Shown: in pieces, positions 38,831 to 51,790 of the stretch
Position numbering within the stretch: the stretch's first letter is position 1
Layout: every line of letters begins with the position of its first letter
Assembly: GCF_963921235.1 (NCBI RefSeq)
Contig: NC_086097.1
Coordinates: 63,986,001 to 64,050,000 of the forward strand
Length of the DNA stretch: 64,000 nt
Direction of reading: 5' to 3'
DNA from: Mobula hypostoma
Lineage: Eukaryota
Translations under genes and position numbers: made by a program
Notes under the pieces: model-generated
What the model saw: only the letters and a program-made list of their open reading frames with translations
What the model was told of the DNA's origin: nothing
The model's database searches: none

Positions 38831-41140
38831 TCCCTCAACTGAAATATGTAGCATATTGCTCCCTAGTCATATATTTTTTCTCACCCCTTATGTGTATTTT
38901 CCCTCAATCCCAGGTCCTTTACTAGAGGCCTGTCCTCTTCTGGACCGAGATGTCAGATGTTGTTCCCGGGATTTGTTGGAGCCACGCTCCCAGTCCAGGT
39001 GTCACAGCTCCAACTACTCCTATCTCCCCTGGGATTACTCTAGCTTTAACCTTATACATCCTTTCTATCTGCTCTTTCAAGCCCTGGTATTTCTCCAGCT
39101 TCTCATATTCTTTCTTCCTGGTGTTAATGCCATTCAGGATTGCCCCATCTATTACTATTGCTTTCTTCTATTCCCATGTTCAGTATTAGTATGTCTGGTT
39201 GGTTAGCCAGTACCTGCTTATCACTCTTTATTCGGAAATCCCACAGGAGCATGGCCCTATCATTCTCCACTACCTTCTCGGGTGGTTCCCATTTGGACTT
39301 GTGAGTGTCCAATCTATACTCAGCATAGATGTTCCTGTACTAAATTCCTGCAACTTGGTAGTGCTGTTCAGTGTATGTCCCTGCCTGCATCTTTCACCTT
39401 GCTACTATGTGCTAGATAGTTTTAGCGGATTCCTTGCAGTCTGCGTTTTGGATCTTGTCTGGTGTGATAGATCCCTGCTTCTATTGCTAACATGCTCAGC
39501 GCCTGTTCTGGTGCAGCCATGAGCAGCAGCTCTGTGCTGTCCCTCAGCCCTGCCATTTCCAGCCATTGGTAGGTCTTTCTTATGTCAGGCACCGCTGATA
39601 TCGGGCGATGGCACATCCCGCGCAGTGGCTTGTCTTGCCATGGCCTCTGGTCCTCTGGCTGTGCTTCACCCACTTCCATTTTCATGTCCCCTGCCTGCTG
39701 TCTGAGGTATTTCCCCAGCAGGTTGCCCTTAGGGGCCATCTTCCTGACATACTCTGGGATGTTTCAATACCTAAGTCCCTGTCCTCCTTTATTCTGGTGG
39801 TGTACAGTTGATCGACCTTGGACTTTGGATGGAATCCTCCCTGTATTTTTAGTAGTTTCTGGGTATTGATGTCAGCAGCTTCCAGTTCATTTCTTGGCCA
39901 ACACACTATTGCGGCTGGGTATCTGATGACTGATAGGGCGAATGTCTTGATGGCTCTGATCTCGTTCTTCCCATTCAGCTGGCTTTTTAGGACCTGTCTC
40001 ACTCTTTGGAGTTACTTGGATGTTGCAGCCTTCTTTGTGTCCTCATCATGGTTTCCATGCGTCTGCAGGATCCCCAGGTATTTGTAGCTGTCCTGCACAT
40101 CTGGTATGTGGTCGTCAGGTAACTCAACTCCTTCAGTCTTGATGGGTTTGCCTTTTTCACTACCACCCGGCTGTACTTTTACAGTCCAAATTACATCCCG
40201 ATGTCTCTGCTGTACACCCTTGTCAGATGGATTAGTGAGTCAATGCCTCTTTCATCTCTGGCATACAGCTTGATGTCATCCATGTACAGGAGGTAGCTGA
40301 TGGTCACTCCACTCTTGAACCTGTATCCATATCCACCCATCTGAGATGATCTGGCTGAGGGGGTTCAAGCCTATGCAGAGCAGCAGTGGGGATAGTGCAT
40401 CACCCTGGTATATTCCACATCTGATCGTCACTTGTGTTGTTAGCTTTGAGTTAACTTCTAGCGTTCTCCTTCAATGGCCCACTGAGTTCTTGATGAAGGC
40501 CCTTGGTGTCTTGTTGACTTTGTACATTCCAGGATCCATATATGGGGCATTTCGTTGTATGCTGTCTGGTGGTTGATCCAGGCTGTGCTTAGGTTGGTTT
40601 ATCTGGTCTTGGAGTCTCACTTGACTGCTTTGTCTGCCAGCAGTTGGTACTTGAGCCTCTGGTTCCATTACCAATCCCCCTCTGAGCAGGGCTCAGGAAT
40701 TTGCACACATATTCCTTCAGTTTGGCGGTTATGATGCCTGATGTTGTTGACAGGCAGGTTATAGTCTGGCTGGTGTTGCTCTTTGTGAGGATCCTTCATT
40801 ATGAGTACTGTGCTTCCTGTCAGGGTGGGAACCAGCTTCAAGTAGCTGGTTCATTTGAGCTGCCAGTCATGTACATAATGCTGTTAGTTTCTTCAGCCAG
40901 TAGGTGTGGATCATGTCAGGGCCAGGTGATATCCACACTTGCTACCTATTGCTTGACCTCTACTGCTGTGACAATGATTGGTTCTTCCTCTGAGAGATCG
41001 CAGATGCTTACTTGTAGATCTTTCAGGCAGTGTTAAGTGATGCTTCATTCTCCTATATACCCTTCGGTATTCCTCAGTTGCTGTCTTGGTTGGTTGAGGT
41101 ACTGGCATATTGTTGCTTTGGAACTGTGCAAATACTTTAA

Positions 41141-43757
41141 GAACATAGAACATAGAAAACCTACAGCACAATACAGGCCTTTCGGCCCACAAAGTTGTGC
41201 TGAACATGTCCCTACCTTAGAAATTACCAGGCTTACCTATAGCCCTCTATTTTTCTAAGCTCCATGTACCTATCCAAAAGTCTCTTAAAAGACCCTATTG
41301 TATCCGCCTCCACCACCGTTGCCAGCAGCTCATTCCACACACTCACCACTCTCTGAGTAAAAAAAACTTACCCTGCCATCTCCTCTGTACCTACTCCCCA
41401 GCACCTTAAACCTCGTGGCAACCATTTCAGCCCTGGGAAATAGCCTCTGACTATCCACACAATCAATGCCTCTCATCATCTTATACACCTCTATCAGGCC
41501 ACCTCTCATCCTCCGTCGCTCCAAGGAGAAAAGGCTGGGTTCACTCAACCTGTTCTCATAAGGCATGCTCCCCAATCCAGGCAACATCCTTGTAAATCTC
41601 TGCACCCTTTCTATGGCTTCTACATCCATCCTGTAGTGTGGCGACCAGAACTGAGCACAGTACTCCAAGTAGGGTCTGACCAGGGTCCTATATAGCTGCA
41701 ACGTTACCTCTCAGCTCTTAAACTCAATCCTACGGTTGATGAAGGCCAATGAACCGTATGCCTTCTTAACCAACCCGCGCAGCAGCTTTGAGTGTCCTAT
41801 GGACACGGACCCCAAGATCCCTCTGATCTCCACACTGCCAAGAGCCTTACTATATTCTGCCATCTAATTTGACCTACCAAAATAAACCACCTCACGCTTA
41901 TCTGGGTTGAACTCCATCTGCCACTTTTCAGCCCAGTTTTGCATTTTATTGATGTCCCGCTGTAACCTCTAACAGCCCTCCACACTATCCACAACACCTC
42001 CAACCATTGTGTCATCAGCAAACTTATTAACCCATCCCTCCACTTCCTCATCCAGGTCATTTATAAAAATCACGAAGAGTAAGGGTCCCAGAACAGATCC
42101 CTGAGGCACTCCACTGGTGACTGACCTCCAGGCGGAATATGACCTGTCTACAACCACTCTTTGCCTTCTGTGGGCAAGCCAGTTCTGTATCCACAAAGCA
42201 ATGTCCCCTTGGATCCCATGCCTCCTTAATTTCTCAATAAGCCTTGCATGGGGTACCTTATCAAATGCCTTGCTGAAATCCATATACACTACATCTGCTG
42301 CTCTTCCTTCATCAATGTGTTTAGTCACATCCTCAAAAAATTCAAACAGGCTTGTAAGGCATGACCTGCCCTTGACAAAGCCATGCTGACTATTCCTAAT
42401 CATATTATACCTCTGCAAATGTTCATAAATCCTGCCTCTCAGGATCTTCGCCATCAACTTACCAACCACTGAGGTAAGACTCACTGGTCTATAATTTCCT
42501 GGGCTATCTCTACTCCTTTTCTTGAATAAAGGAACAACATCCACAACCCTCCAATCCTCCGGAACCTCTCCCGTCCCCATTGATCATGAAAAGATCATCA
42601 CCAGAGGCTCAGCAATCTCCTCCCTCGCCTCCCACAGTAGCCTTGGTACATCTCATCCGGTCCCGGCGACTTATCCAACTTGATGCTTTCCAAAAGCTCC
42701 AGCACATCCTCTTTCGTAATATCTACATGCTCAAGCTTTTCAGTCTGCTGCAAGTCATCACTACAATCACCAAGATCCTTTTCCATAGTGAATACTAAAG
42801 TATTCATTAATACTTCTGAAATGCCCAGTTTGCTGCCGCTGCTACTGTGTGATCGAGAATCTCCGGAGGGAAGGCCCCAAAATCCTTGGCTTTGCCTGCT
42901 GCTGGCAGCTGGGGCTAGGGTCGAAGCACTCGGCAGAGATGGTGCTCGGTGTCAGAGGGCTGGTCAGAGGTTCGAAATTTTCGGACGACTCAGAGTCGGA
43001 CTGTGGTTGGGCAAGACAGGGACAGTTTTCTTCTCCCGTCTGCATGAGATGTGGGATTTTTGAGAGACTTTGGACTTTTTTTACCGTGCCCATGGCCTGT
43101 TCTTCATCAAGTTATGGTATTGCTTGCACTGTTGTAACTATATGTTATAATTATGCGGTTTTTGTCAGTTTTTCAGTCTTGGTCTGTCCTGTGTTTCTGT
43201 GATATCACACCGGAGGAATATTGTATCATTTCTTAATGCATGCATTACTAAATGACAACAAAAGAGGACTGTGTGTCCTCATAATCTAATCTAATTAAGT
43301 CCCTCTGCTATTTCCTCCGGTTCCATACATACTTTCCCACTGTCACACTTGACAGGTTCTGTTCTTTCACATCTTATCCTCTTGCTCTTCACATACTTGT
43401 AGAATGTCTTGGGGTTTTCCTTCATCCTGCCCGCTGAGGCCTTCTCATGGCCCCTTCTGGCTCTCCTATTTTCCTCCTTAAGCTCCTTCCTTATAATCTT
43501 ATAGATCTCTAACGATTACCTAGCTCTCTGAACCTTTTGTAAGCTTTTCTTTTCTTCTTGACTAGATTTATTACAGCCTTTGTCCACCACAGTTCCTGTA
43601 CCCTACCATAACTTCCCTGTCTCACTGGAATGTACCTTTGCAGAACTCCACACAAATATCCCCTGAATATTTGCCACATTTCTTCCTTTCTTTTCCCTGA
43701 GAACATCTGTTTCCAATTTAAGCTTCCAATTTCCTACCTGATAGCCTCATAATTTCC
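41141..43757 (-). mobile_element. CR1 LINE nested in the R4-like element
   Basis: gaacatagaacatagaaa tail; [31 protein letters not shown]. Same family as 21420-24396. Confidence 0.9.
42811..43273 (+). mobile_element. Non-LTR element 3' end inserted in CR1
   Basis: Interrupts CR1 at attaa; GC/CpG-rich 5' part; (TAATC)n tail. Confidence 0.6.
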
Positions 43758-44019
43758 TGGTTCTTTGGAGAAGAGTACATTTGTTCACTTGGCCTCTGCG
43801 TCCTTAGTGTACTTCTGTGGTCCAGTAACCAGAGCTGTTAATTGTTGCCTGGCAGTTTCCAGAGCTTCGGCTATGGATGTACCCCTTTATTTCCTTAGTA
43901 GCTGAGATGAGTCTTTGGTCTTCCCACTTTTCTGCAGTTTAGTGAGTCTGTTGACCTCAGCCCCTGTAGTTTTCATCTTGGCTTCCAATTGTTGTCTCCG
44001 GGGTGGGGGGTGGGGGGTT

Positions 44020-45505
44020 ATAACAGTACTCTCCACTGTGCCGAGAAGTTGTAGTGGAGGCTATTGGGCACACATATGGTCACTTTGTAGCTGCATCCAC
44101 TACTAGCAAGAAATTTGTGCCCATAAATGGGCTGGCAAAATCCACATGAATCCTCTGCCAGGGCAATGTAGGCCATTCCCAGGAATGGAGAAGTGTTGTT
44201 CTTGGCATCTTCTGGATGTGTTGCCATCCCAAACAGTGCATGGGAAGCTGCTCAATCTGTTCATCTATCCCAGGCCACCAGACAAAGCTTCAAGCCAATC
44301 CTTTCATTTTGACCATGCATGTAGCTTCTGCAACACTTTCACTCTCAGCTTGGATAGTACAACTCTCAACCCCCACATAAGGTAATCTCCGCCAAGGGTA
44401 AGTTCATCCTGGCTCTGGTAAAGATGGAGGAAATTGAATTTCTGCTGCACATTCCAGCCATTTTGGGTGATCGTGTAAACTTGAGACAGTGTTCGGTCTT
44501 TTCTGATTTCCCTTTGGATCATCTCTGCTGTAATAGAGAGACTTTCGATTTGCATTCAGAAGAAAATATCAACAGGAGTGTCTTTTGTAAATTTGTTAGG
44601 TATTCCCTTTTCCAAGGGTAGAAGGGAGAATCCATCAGTATTTCCATGATTTAGCCATCCTCTTTAATACGATCTTGTGATTGCGTCTTCCAAGAAACAG
44701 TGCTCATCCCCACATTTGTGCTGCTGTTAGTCAAATAGCCTATCTGTGGATTGAAAATGGACACTAATAGTTGATGATCAGAAATGAAAGTAAACTCTTT
44801 CCCATACAGGTACTGGTTGAAATGTTTTACACCACAAACCAGATTCAAGGACTCTCTGTCAATCTGTGCGAAACTTTTCCCTGCAGCGGTAAGGGAAGGT
44901 GATGCAAAGTCCGTGGAGCATTCACTTCCATCACTCATGACGTGACATGGCTGCATCCATACCATAAGGCAAGGTGCCACAGGCCAGCTTCACTGGACAG
45001 CGTGGATCGTAATGTGTGAGTACAATGTCTGGCATCACCATTTCCTTTACCTCCTTACACTGCTTCGTCCATTGCCATTCTTTCCAGTCTGTAGTAATGT
45101 GTCCAAGTGGTGGAGCACAGTAGCCAGGTTTACTATAACCTGTTATAGTAACTGACAGATACTAAAAAGGACTGTGATTGTGACATGTACTGTGGCCTTG
45201 GGGATTCCAGCACTGCTTGAATTGCCTCAACACACTTGTGTATTTATTGTGCAGCAATAGTGTGACCACAGTAAGTGATATATGATGTAAAGAATTCACA
45301 CTTGCCATGTCATGCTCGGAGCCCATAACCTAAGTGTCTTTTTAACACTGTCCAGAGAGTTTGGAGATGTTCCTTGTCATCCTCATCAGTAACCATGATG
45401 TCATCCAGGTAACACTGAGTGCTTGGGCAGTCTTGCAACACCTGGTCCATTGGTTTATGCCAGAGTGCAGGTGCCGATGCTACTCCAGAAATAAGCCTTG
45501 GACAG
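44020..45505 (-). mobile_element. Gypsy LTR retrotransposon pol remnant
   Basis: GVASAPALW..MDQVL...CYLDDIMVT (RT); FAQIDRESL..VCGVKHFNQYLYGKEFTFISDHQ (RNase H); LMWGLRVV..KLRVKVLQKLH (integrase N-terminus). Confidence 0.82.
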
Positions 45506-46300
45506 ATACTTATCCTTGCAAGCAGAACGAGTGCCATACCTGCCCCTACACCACCTCCCTGACTACCATTCAGGGTCCTAAACAGTTCTTCCTGGTGAGG
45601 TGTCACTTCACCTGTGAGTCTGTTGGGGTTAATATTGTATTCGGTGCTCAGGTGTGGCCTCCTGTGTATCAGTGAGGCCCAAAGTAGACTGGGAGACTGC
45701 CAAGCACCTACGCTCCATCCATCAGAAAAAGCAGGATCTCCTGGTGGCCGCACACTTAAATTCTACTTCCCATTCCTATTCCGACATGTCAGTCCATGGC
45801 CTCCTCTACTGCTGCGATGAGGTCACACTCAAGTTGGAGGACCAACACCTTATATTCTGTCTGGGTAGCCTCCAACCTGATGGCACGAACATCAATTTTT
45901 GGAACTTTTTGTAATGCCCCCCAACTTCACCATTCCTATTCCCATTCCCCCCCCACCTCATTTCCTTACCACCTTCTGGTGCTCCTCCTCCTTTCCTTTC
46001 TTCCATGGTCTTCTACCCTCTCCTATCAGATTCCTCCTTCTCCAGCCCTTTATTTCTTTCACCAATCAGCTTCCCAGACCTTTACTTCACCCCTCCCCCT
46101 CCCCTGGTTTCATCTCTCTCCTACCACCTTTCTCCCCTCCCCCCACCTCCTTGTTCTAATCTTTATTCCGGTCCTAATGAAGGGTCTTGACCCAAAACGT
46201 CAACTGCTTTTTCTTTTCCATAGATGCTGCCTGTCCTGCTAAGTTCCTCCAGCATTTTGTGTGTGTTGCTTTGGATTTCTAACATCTGCAGATTTTCTCA
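45506..46300 (+). mobile_element. Penelope-like element 3' part (GIY-YIG region plus terminal repeat)
   Basis: YPCKQNECHTCPY...HFTCESVG, CGLLCISEAQSRLGD, LEDQHLIFCLGSLQPDG; pyrimidine tract; decayed ribozyme motif at 46171-46204. Confidence 0.82.
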
Positions 46301-46304
46301 TCTT

Positions 46305-46769
46305 TGATAAACATATCTATTTTGTTTTCCTTTAGAGAAGCGCACACGTATGACCTGGTACTGTAATGACGTACGCCATTCATGTACTTTTATATATACC
46401 GTGGACCACACACAGAAGTACAGTGGTTAACACAATGCTTTACAGTACAAGTGATCCAGGTTCAATTCCCACTGCTGCCTGTAAGGAGTTAATATGTTCG
46501 CCCTGTGACCACGAGTTTCCTCCCACAGTCCAAAGACGTACTAATTGACCGCTTAATTGGTGATTGTAGATTGTCCCGTGATTAGGCCAGGATTAAATCG
46601 GGAGAATGCTGGTCAGCGTGGCTCAAAGGGCTGGAAGGGCTATTCCACACTGTATCTCAATACATAAATACAAAACCCATAATGAATTATGTAAACAACA
46701 AAGAATTCTTCATAAAACAATGTATTTACAATATTACTCAAATGTTACTGAAATATTAAATACACAACA
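46305..46769 (-). repeat. Putative Gypsy LTR (5' copy) interrupted by a SINE
   Basis: Similar to 38593-38830; ends tacacaaca (TG start on the minus strand). Confidence 0.45.
46412..46672 (+). mobile_element. HE1-like V-SINE
   Basis: tRNA head (cagtggttaacac...ggttcaattcc), V-domain gtttcctcccacagtccaaagacgt, CR1-type tail aagggctggaagggc...ctgtatctc. Confidence 0.78.
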
Positions 46770-47439
46770 TTTCCCAGCAATAATGTTATGCTCACTGGTC
46801 CATAGTTCCTAATATGGTGTGTGCATGTTTAATGTTTGGGTCTCATAGCAGTTACTTTATGCCAAAAGATATTAAGCTAATTTTCAATTAAGACAGATTG
46901 CAATAATGTCCTGCCTTGAAGATGGTCAACTTTCTTGATAGGGTGTTCAGTACTTAGACACTTTCCAAGGAAAGTTATAATCTCAACTACAGAGCTTAAC
47001 TTCCAAATATGTATTTCATTCATCTTCAACAAGGTCACTTTATTTTTTAGTATTTGCTGTCTAATAATACAAATTGAGCAATGTCAGATTTACTCCCTGT
47101 ACTCTTAACAAAATGTTAGAACATTGTTTTAAACAGTTTGACCCTTCTAAACTGTGAATTGATTCTAATCATTATTTTGTGGAGATTATAGGTAAAAATT
47201 CTGAATGTTTGCCTCATGCTGTAAATAAAAAAGGAAGGAAAGTATTGGTGGCAATGCAAAGGAAGAGGAACCTTCAGTTAAGGAAATCAACTTAACCACA
47301 GGTGTTCTCTACAGTTTCAAACAGGAATGTGCCTGTTGGCTGGGCAGAAGTCAAAGACTGAAACCGTATTTTAATAAATTTTTTAAAAAACAATCCTCCT
47401 GCCATGCCAATTTCCCTTAATTTGGCATTAATTATTGCC

Positions 47440-50400
47440 TACGATAGTAGTCCAACCCTGGGGAAGGGGAGAGCTGTACAAGAGGGACTGGAGAGAAACC
47501 AGTATCTCGGCTGTGAGATCCGCTAATGCTGCTCGGGATGGTTTAAACTAGCTGTGCAGGGGACTGGGGACTGGAGCACCAGGTCAGTAAGTAAACGATT
47601 GAACAGGAAGTTAGATGTCAGGGATATTTATTTTTTGTGGTGTAATATATAATTGGTGTAAAAAATTATATTGTACTAATCTAAGTCGAACATTTATTGT
47701 ATTTGTCATACTGTCCAGACAAAGTCTTGACCAATTTATTTCATCAATATTAATATTCAGATCTGTTTCCCATTTTTGCTTTGACTTATAGGTTCCTTGT
47801 TTAATTGTCTGTTCTTGAATCAAATTATACATACAAGAAACAATTTTTTAAATTTTTCCTTTTTGAATTAAAATTTCAATTTCATTAGCTTTTGTATTAC
47901 ATTTTGTATTCTAATTGGTAACGTTTTATTGATCAAAATTGCTACTCCCCTCGCTTTTGAATTAAATGAGGCTGCAACAACATTACCCACCCAATAGATT
48001 AAATTCAAATATATCTGATAAATGTTTTCGGTGTAATCAAGAAATTGGTACTTTTCTACATTCTACTTAGTCTTGTTTTAAAATTCAACCCTTTTGGATA
48101 AATTTAAGAATCTTATTGGATCAAATTACTGGAATTCAACTTCCACATAACCCTGTATTATTTCTATTAGGCGATATTGAAGGGATAAAACCAAAACTTA
48201 AATTGAATAAATATCAAAAAGAATTTATAAAAATTGCATTGGTAGTAGCTAAGAAGACTATAGCAGTTACTTGGAAATCTGATTCGTATTTAAGTATGGA
48301 TCGTTGGAATAATGAAATGGCTAGTTCTATTCCACTTGAAAAAATTACTTATAATTTAAGAGATAATTATGTAACATTCTTGAATATTTGGCGCCCTTAT
48401 TTACAAAAGATAGGATGTCATATTTAAGTGCTCCGACAAAGAATTTGGTTACTTGGGGAAAGTAACGAATAATTATACCAAATTTATTTTGAATCCCATG
48501 GAGCGTGTGGAAACCTTCCAATACCCAGGCGGCTCTTCTTTTTTTTTTCTTTTTTTTCTTTTAGGTAGGTCTATATATGGGGGAGGGGAGGGTTAAGGGG
48601 GGGGGTAGATTTTATCTTTTCATGTATTCTTTTTGAAAATTTAATAAAAATTATATATAAAAAAAAGATGTCAGGGATAGTACTGATGGGCAAAATCGAA
48701 ATAACAAGGTATGATGGGACAGAAAATTTGAAGTGCATAATTTTAATGCTAGAAGTATTACAGGTAATAGTGATGAACTTAGAGCATAGAACAATAATGT
48801 TGTGGCCATTACAAAGACTTGGTTGAAAGAGGGACAGAAATAGGTGATTAATGTACCAGGTTTTTGAAGTTTTAGAAAAGATAGAGGAGGTAAAAGAGGG
48901 CGAAAGTTGCATTACTAATCAGCTGCACTCGGGATAAATATTAGAGGATGCAGACACTGAATCCATTTGGGTAGAACTCAAGAATAGGAAGGGAGCAATA
49001 ACATTGATAAGATTGTACTACAGACCACTCTGTAGTATCCTAGCAGAAAGGTTTACTAGTGCTGCACAGAGGGGTTTAAACTAGGGTTGCAAGGGGATGG
49101 GAACCAGAGTGCCAGAACAGATAGTGGAGAGGTTGTGGAAACAGTTTGCTAAGAGCTCGGACAAAGTCAGAAACCAAAAGGTTGAGCAGGATGCGACTAA
49201 TGTCCTGAGCTGCGTATATTTCAATGCGAGAAATATTGTAGGAAAGGCAGATGAACTCAGGGTGTGGACCAACACCTGGAATTCTGATATTGTAGCCACT
49301 AGTGAAACTTAGTTGCAGGAGGGGCAGGACTGGCAGCTCAATATTCCAGAGTTCAGTTGTTTTAGATGCGACAGAGTGAAAGGGTTTAAATGAGGAGGGA
49401 TGGCATTACTAGTCAGGGAAGATGTCAGGCAGCACTCAGACTGGAGAGCACGTCTAGTGATCATTAAGGGGGGAACTGAGAAATAAAAAAGGCATGACCA
49501 TGGTTAATGGGGCAACATTACAGACCACCCAACAGTCCGAGGGATTGGAGGAACAAATTTGCAGAGAGATTGCAAACTGTTGCAAGAAACATAAGGTTAT
49601 TATAATTAGTGATTTTAACTTTCTACATATTGACTGGGAATTCCATACTGTAAAAGGACAAGATGGGATTGAGTTTGTCAAATGTGTTCAAGAAAGTTTC
49701 CTTAATCAGCACATAAGAAGTCCCAATGAGAGAGTGTGTGATACTTGATCTGCTATTAGGGAGAGAGACAGGGCAGGTGGCAGAAGTTTGTGTAGGAGAG
49801 CACTTGGCACCTAGTGATTATAATGCCATTAGTTTCAAAGGAAATATCCGAAAAGATAGGTCGCATCTGTGGGTTGAGATTCTAAATTGGAGAAAGGCCA
49901 ATTTTAATGATATCAGAAAGGATCTGGCAAGTGTGGATTGGGACAGACTGTTTTCTAGAAAAAGTGTACTTGGTAAGAGGGAGGCCTTCAAAAGTGAAAT
50001 TTTGCAAGTACAAAGCTTCTGTGTGTCTGTCAGAATAAAAGGTAATGACAACAGCTGTAGGGGACCTTGGTTTTCAAGAAATATTCAGGCCCTGGTTAAA
50101 AAAAAGAGGTGCATAGCAGGTATAGGCAGGGTGGGAACAAATGCAGTGCTTATGGAGAATAAGAAATGCATGAGCACACTTAAGAACGAAATCAGGAGGG
50201 CTAAAAGAAGGCATGAGGTTGCCCTAGCAGATAAAATGAAGAAGAATCCTAAGGAATTGTACAGATGTGTTATGAGCAAAAGGATTGCAAGGGACAAAAT
50301 TGGTTCGCTGGAAGATCAGAATGGTAATCCATGTGTGGAGCCAAAATAGATGGGGGGAGATCTTAAATTTTTTTTTTACATTTGTATTTACGCAGGAGAC

Positions 50401-50935
50401 AGACACAGAATCTATTGAAGTGAGGCAAACCAGCGTCATCATCATGGACCCTATACAGATTACAGAGGCAGAGGTGTTTGCTGTCCTGAGGCAAATTAGG
50501 GTGGATAAATCCCCAGGGCCAGTGCAGAATTTGCAGAGGCCCTAGCAGAGATAGTTAAATTATCCATAGCAACAGGTGAGGTACCAGAGGATTGTAGGTT
50601 TATAAGATCGTATGAGGCATAAATAAACAGGGAGTATCTTTTTCCCAGGGTTGAAATATCTAATACCAGAGGGCATGCATTGAAGGTGAGAGGGGGTAGG
50701 ATCAAAGGGGATGTGATGGGTAAGTTGTTTTTACTCAGAGTGGTGGATACCTGGAATACACTGCCTGTTATGGTGGTAGAGGCAATACATTAGAGGCTTC
50801 TAAGAGATGTTTAGATAGGTACATGGATATGAGGAAGATGGCGGAATATGGACATTGTCTATGTAGGAGGAATTCGTTTTTGGGTTTTTAAAAATTTACT
50901 TTTTAGCTGGTTCAGCACAACATTGTGGGCTGAAG
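47440..50935 (+). mobile_element. Old CR1 fragments (ORF1 end/EN, EN-RT and 3' tail)
   Basis: CVYFNARNIVGKADEL, DFNFLHIDW, ILDLLLG, DKSPGP; internal deletion before the 3' tail. Confidence 0.75.
47627..48665 (+). mobile_element. 5'-inverted L1 insertion
   Basis: Inverted part 47627-47992, forward part 47993-48665 (CFRC..IGTFLHST.SC), AATAAA at 48643, A tail; 14-bp TSD AGATGTCAGGGATA at 47613-47626 and 48666-48679. Confidence 0.88.
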
Positions 50936-51299
50936 TTATTAATCCAACCTGGTCTATTGTGGTGGAAGCTAAAGTCAATACATTATGTGATCTAATTTTA
51001 ACGCACCCCTGAAGCCCAATCACTGATGCTGCTCCATTTGTCCTTGCTTCCAGCTCCAGGCCTAATCTTCCTTGGCCCCTTACCTCCAATTTTCTTTCTG
51101 TACATTGTTCATGATTTGCAACCTTCCCTACTTTCTCTACTAGCTCCACAAAGGAATAGTTTTTGCTTGTATTTATGTGTGTGTCTATTCTATCATGCAT
51201 GACACCTTGGCACAGTGCGTGGTGGATTTTGACTGCATGAGGCATCATGTAAATTGTTACATGTTTTCCTGTGCAGTGACATCAACCCTCTTCTCAATC

Positions 51300-51790
51300 T
51301 TCTTCAAAGTAATTAATGGATCCTATCAACAATCCCAATGGAGTTAGGTGCAGGTACAATATAAATAGAAATTATGTACCTTCATTATCTTCATCCCAAA
51401 ACCAAGATCACCTTTTCCTCAACCCATAATTCACAATACTTGATAATATTTGCATTTATGCAAATTCACATACCAAGCTTGAGATCAATGACTCATACAT
51501 GAAGATACAGGAAGATAGATATTTCAAAGATCAGGACTCACTACCAACCTACCCTACTGCACAATACTGAAGATAAATCAAAGAAAAAAACATGCAGAGC
51601 AGCATTGAGCAGTGTGGTTCACATTTTTCGACCACACTAAATCCTCAAACTCTTTCAACAATCAAAATCTTAAATGAGACCCTCGAAAATGTGAACCACT
51701 TCACATGTCTCAGGAGCCACCTCAGCAAGGCAGACATTGATAATATGAATCCCATAGAGCTATTGGGAAAAAATGACAAAAAACTTGGTC
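51300..51790 (+). mobile_element. Old RTE-like LINE fragment
   Basis: TIKILNETLENVNHFTCLRSHLSKADID resembles the RTE motif LE.V..F.YLGS.LS. Confidence 0.45.

Larger units (their letters stand above)
38874..44000 (-). mobile_element. R4/Dong-like RLE-type non-LTR retrotransposon (38874-41140 plus 43758-44000), degenerate
   Basis: RQVLKSQLNGKNEIRAI, GGFHPKSKVDQLY, GLRDSTELLLMAAPEQAL, and restriction-like endonuclease PEKVVENDRAMLLWDFRIKSDKQVLANQPDI; YLLYMDDIKLYA-type RT motif near 40280. Confidence 0.75.

Noticed and set aside
45310..45753. 147-aa ORF as a novel fusion protein
   Set aside because: Chance read-through from antisense Penelope sequence into decayed Gypsy RT.
46171..46204. Second active hammerhead
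   Set aside because: The core is mutated (CTAATGA and AAAA instead of CTGANGA and GAAA), so it is predicted inactive.
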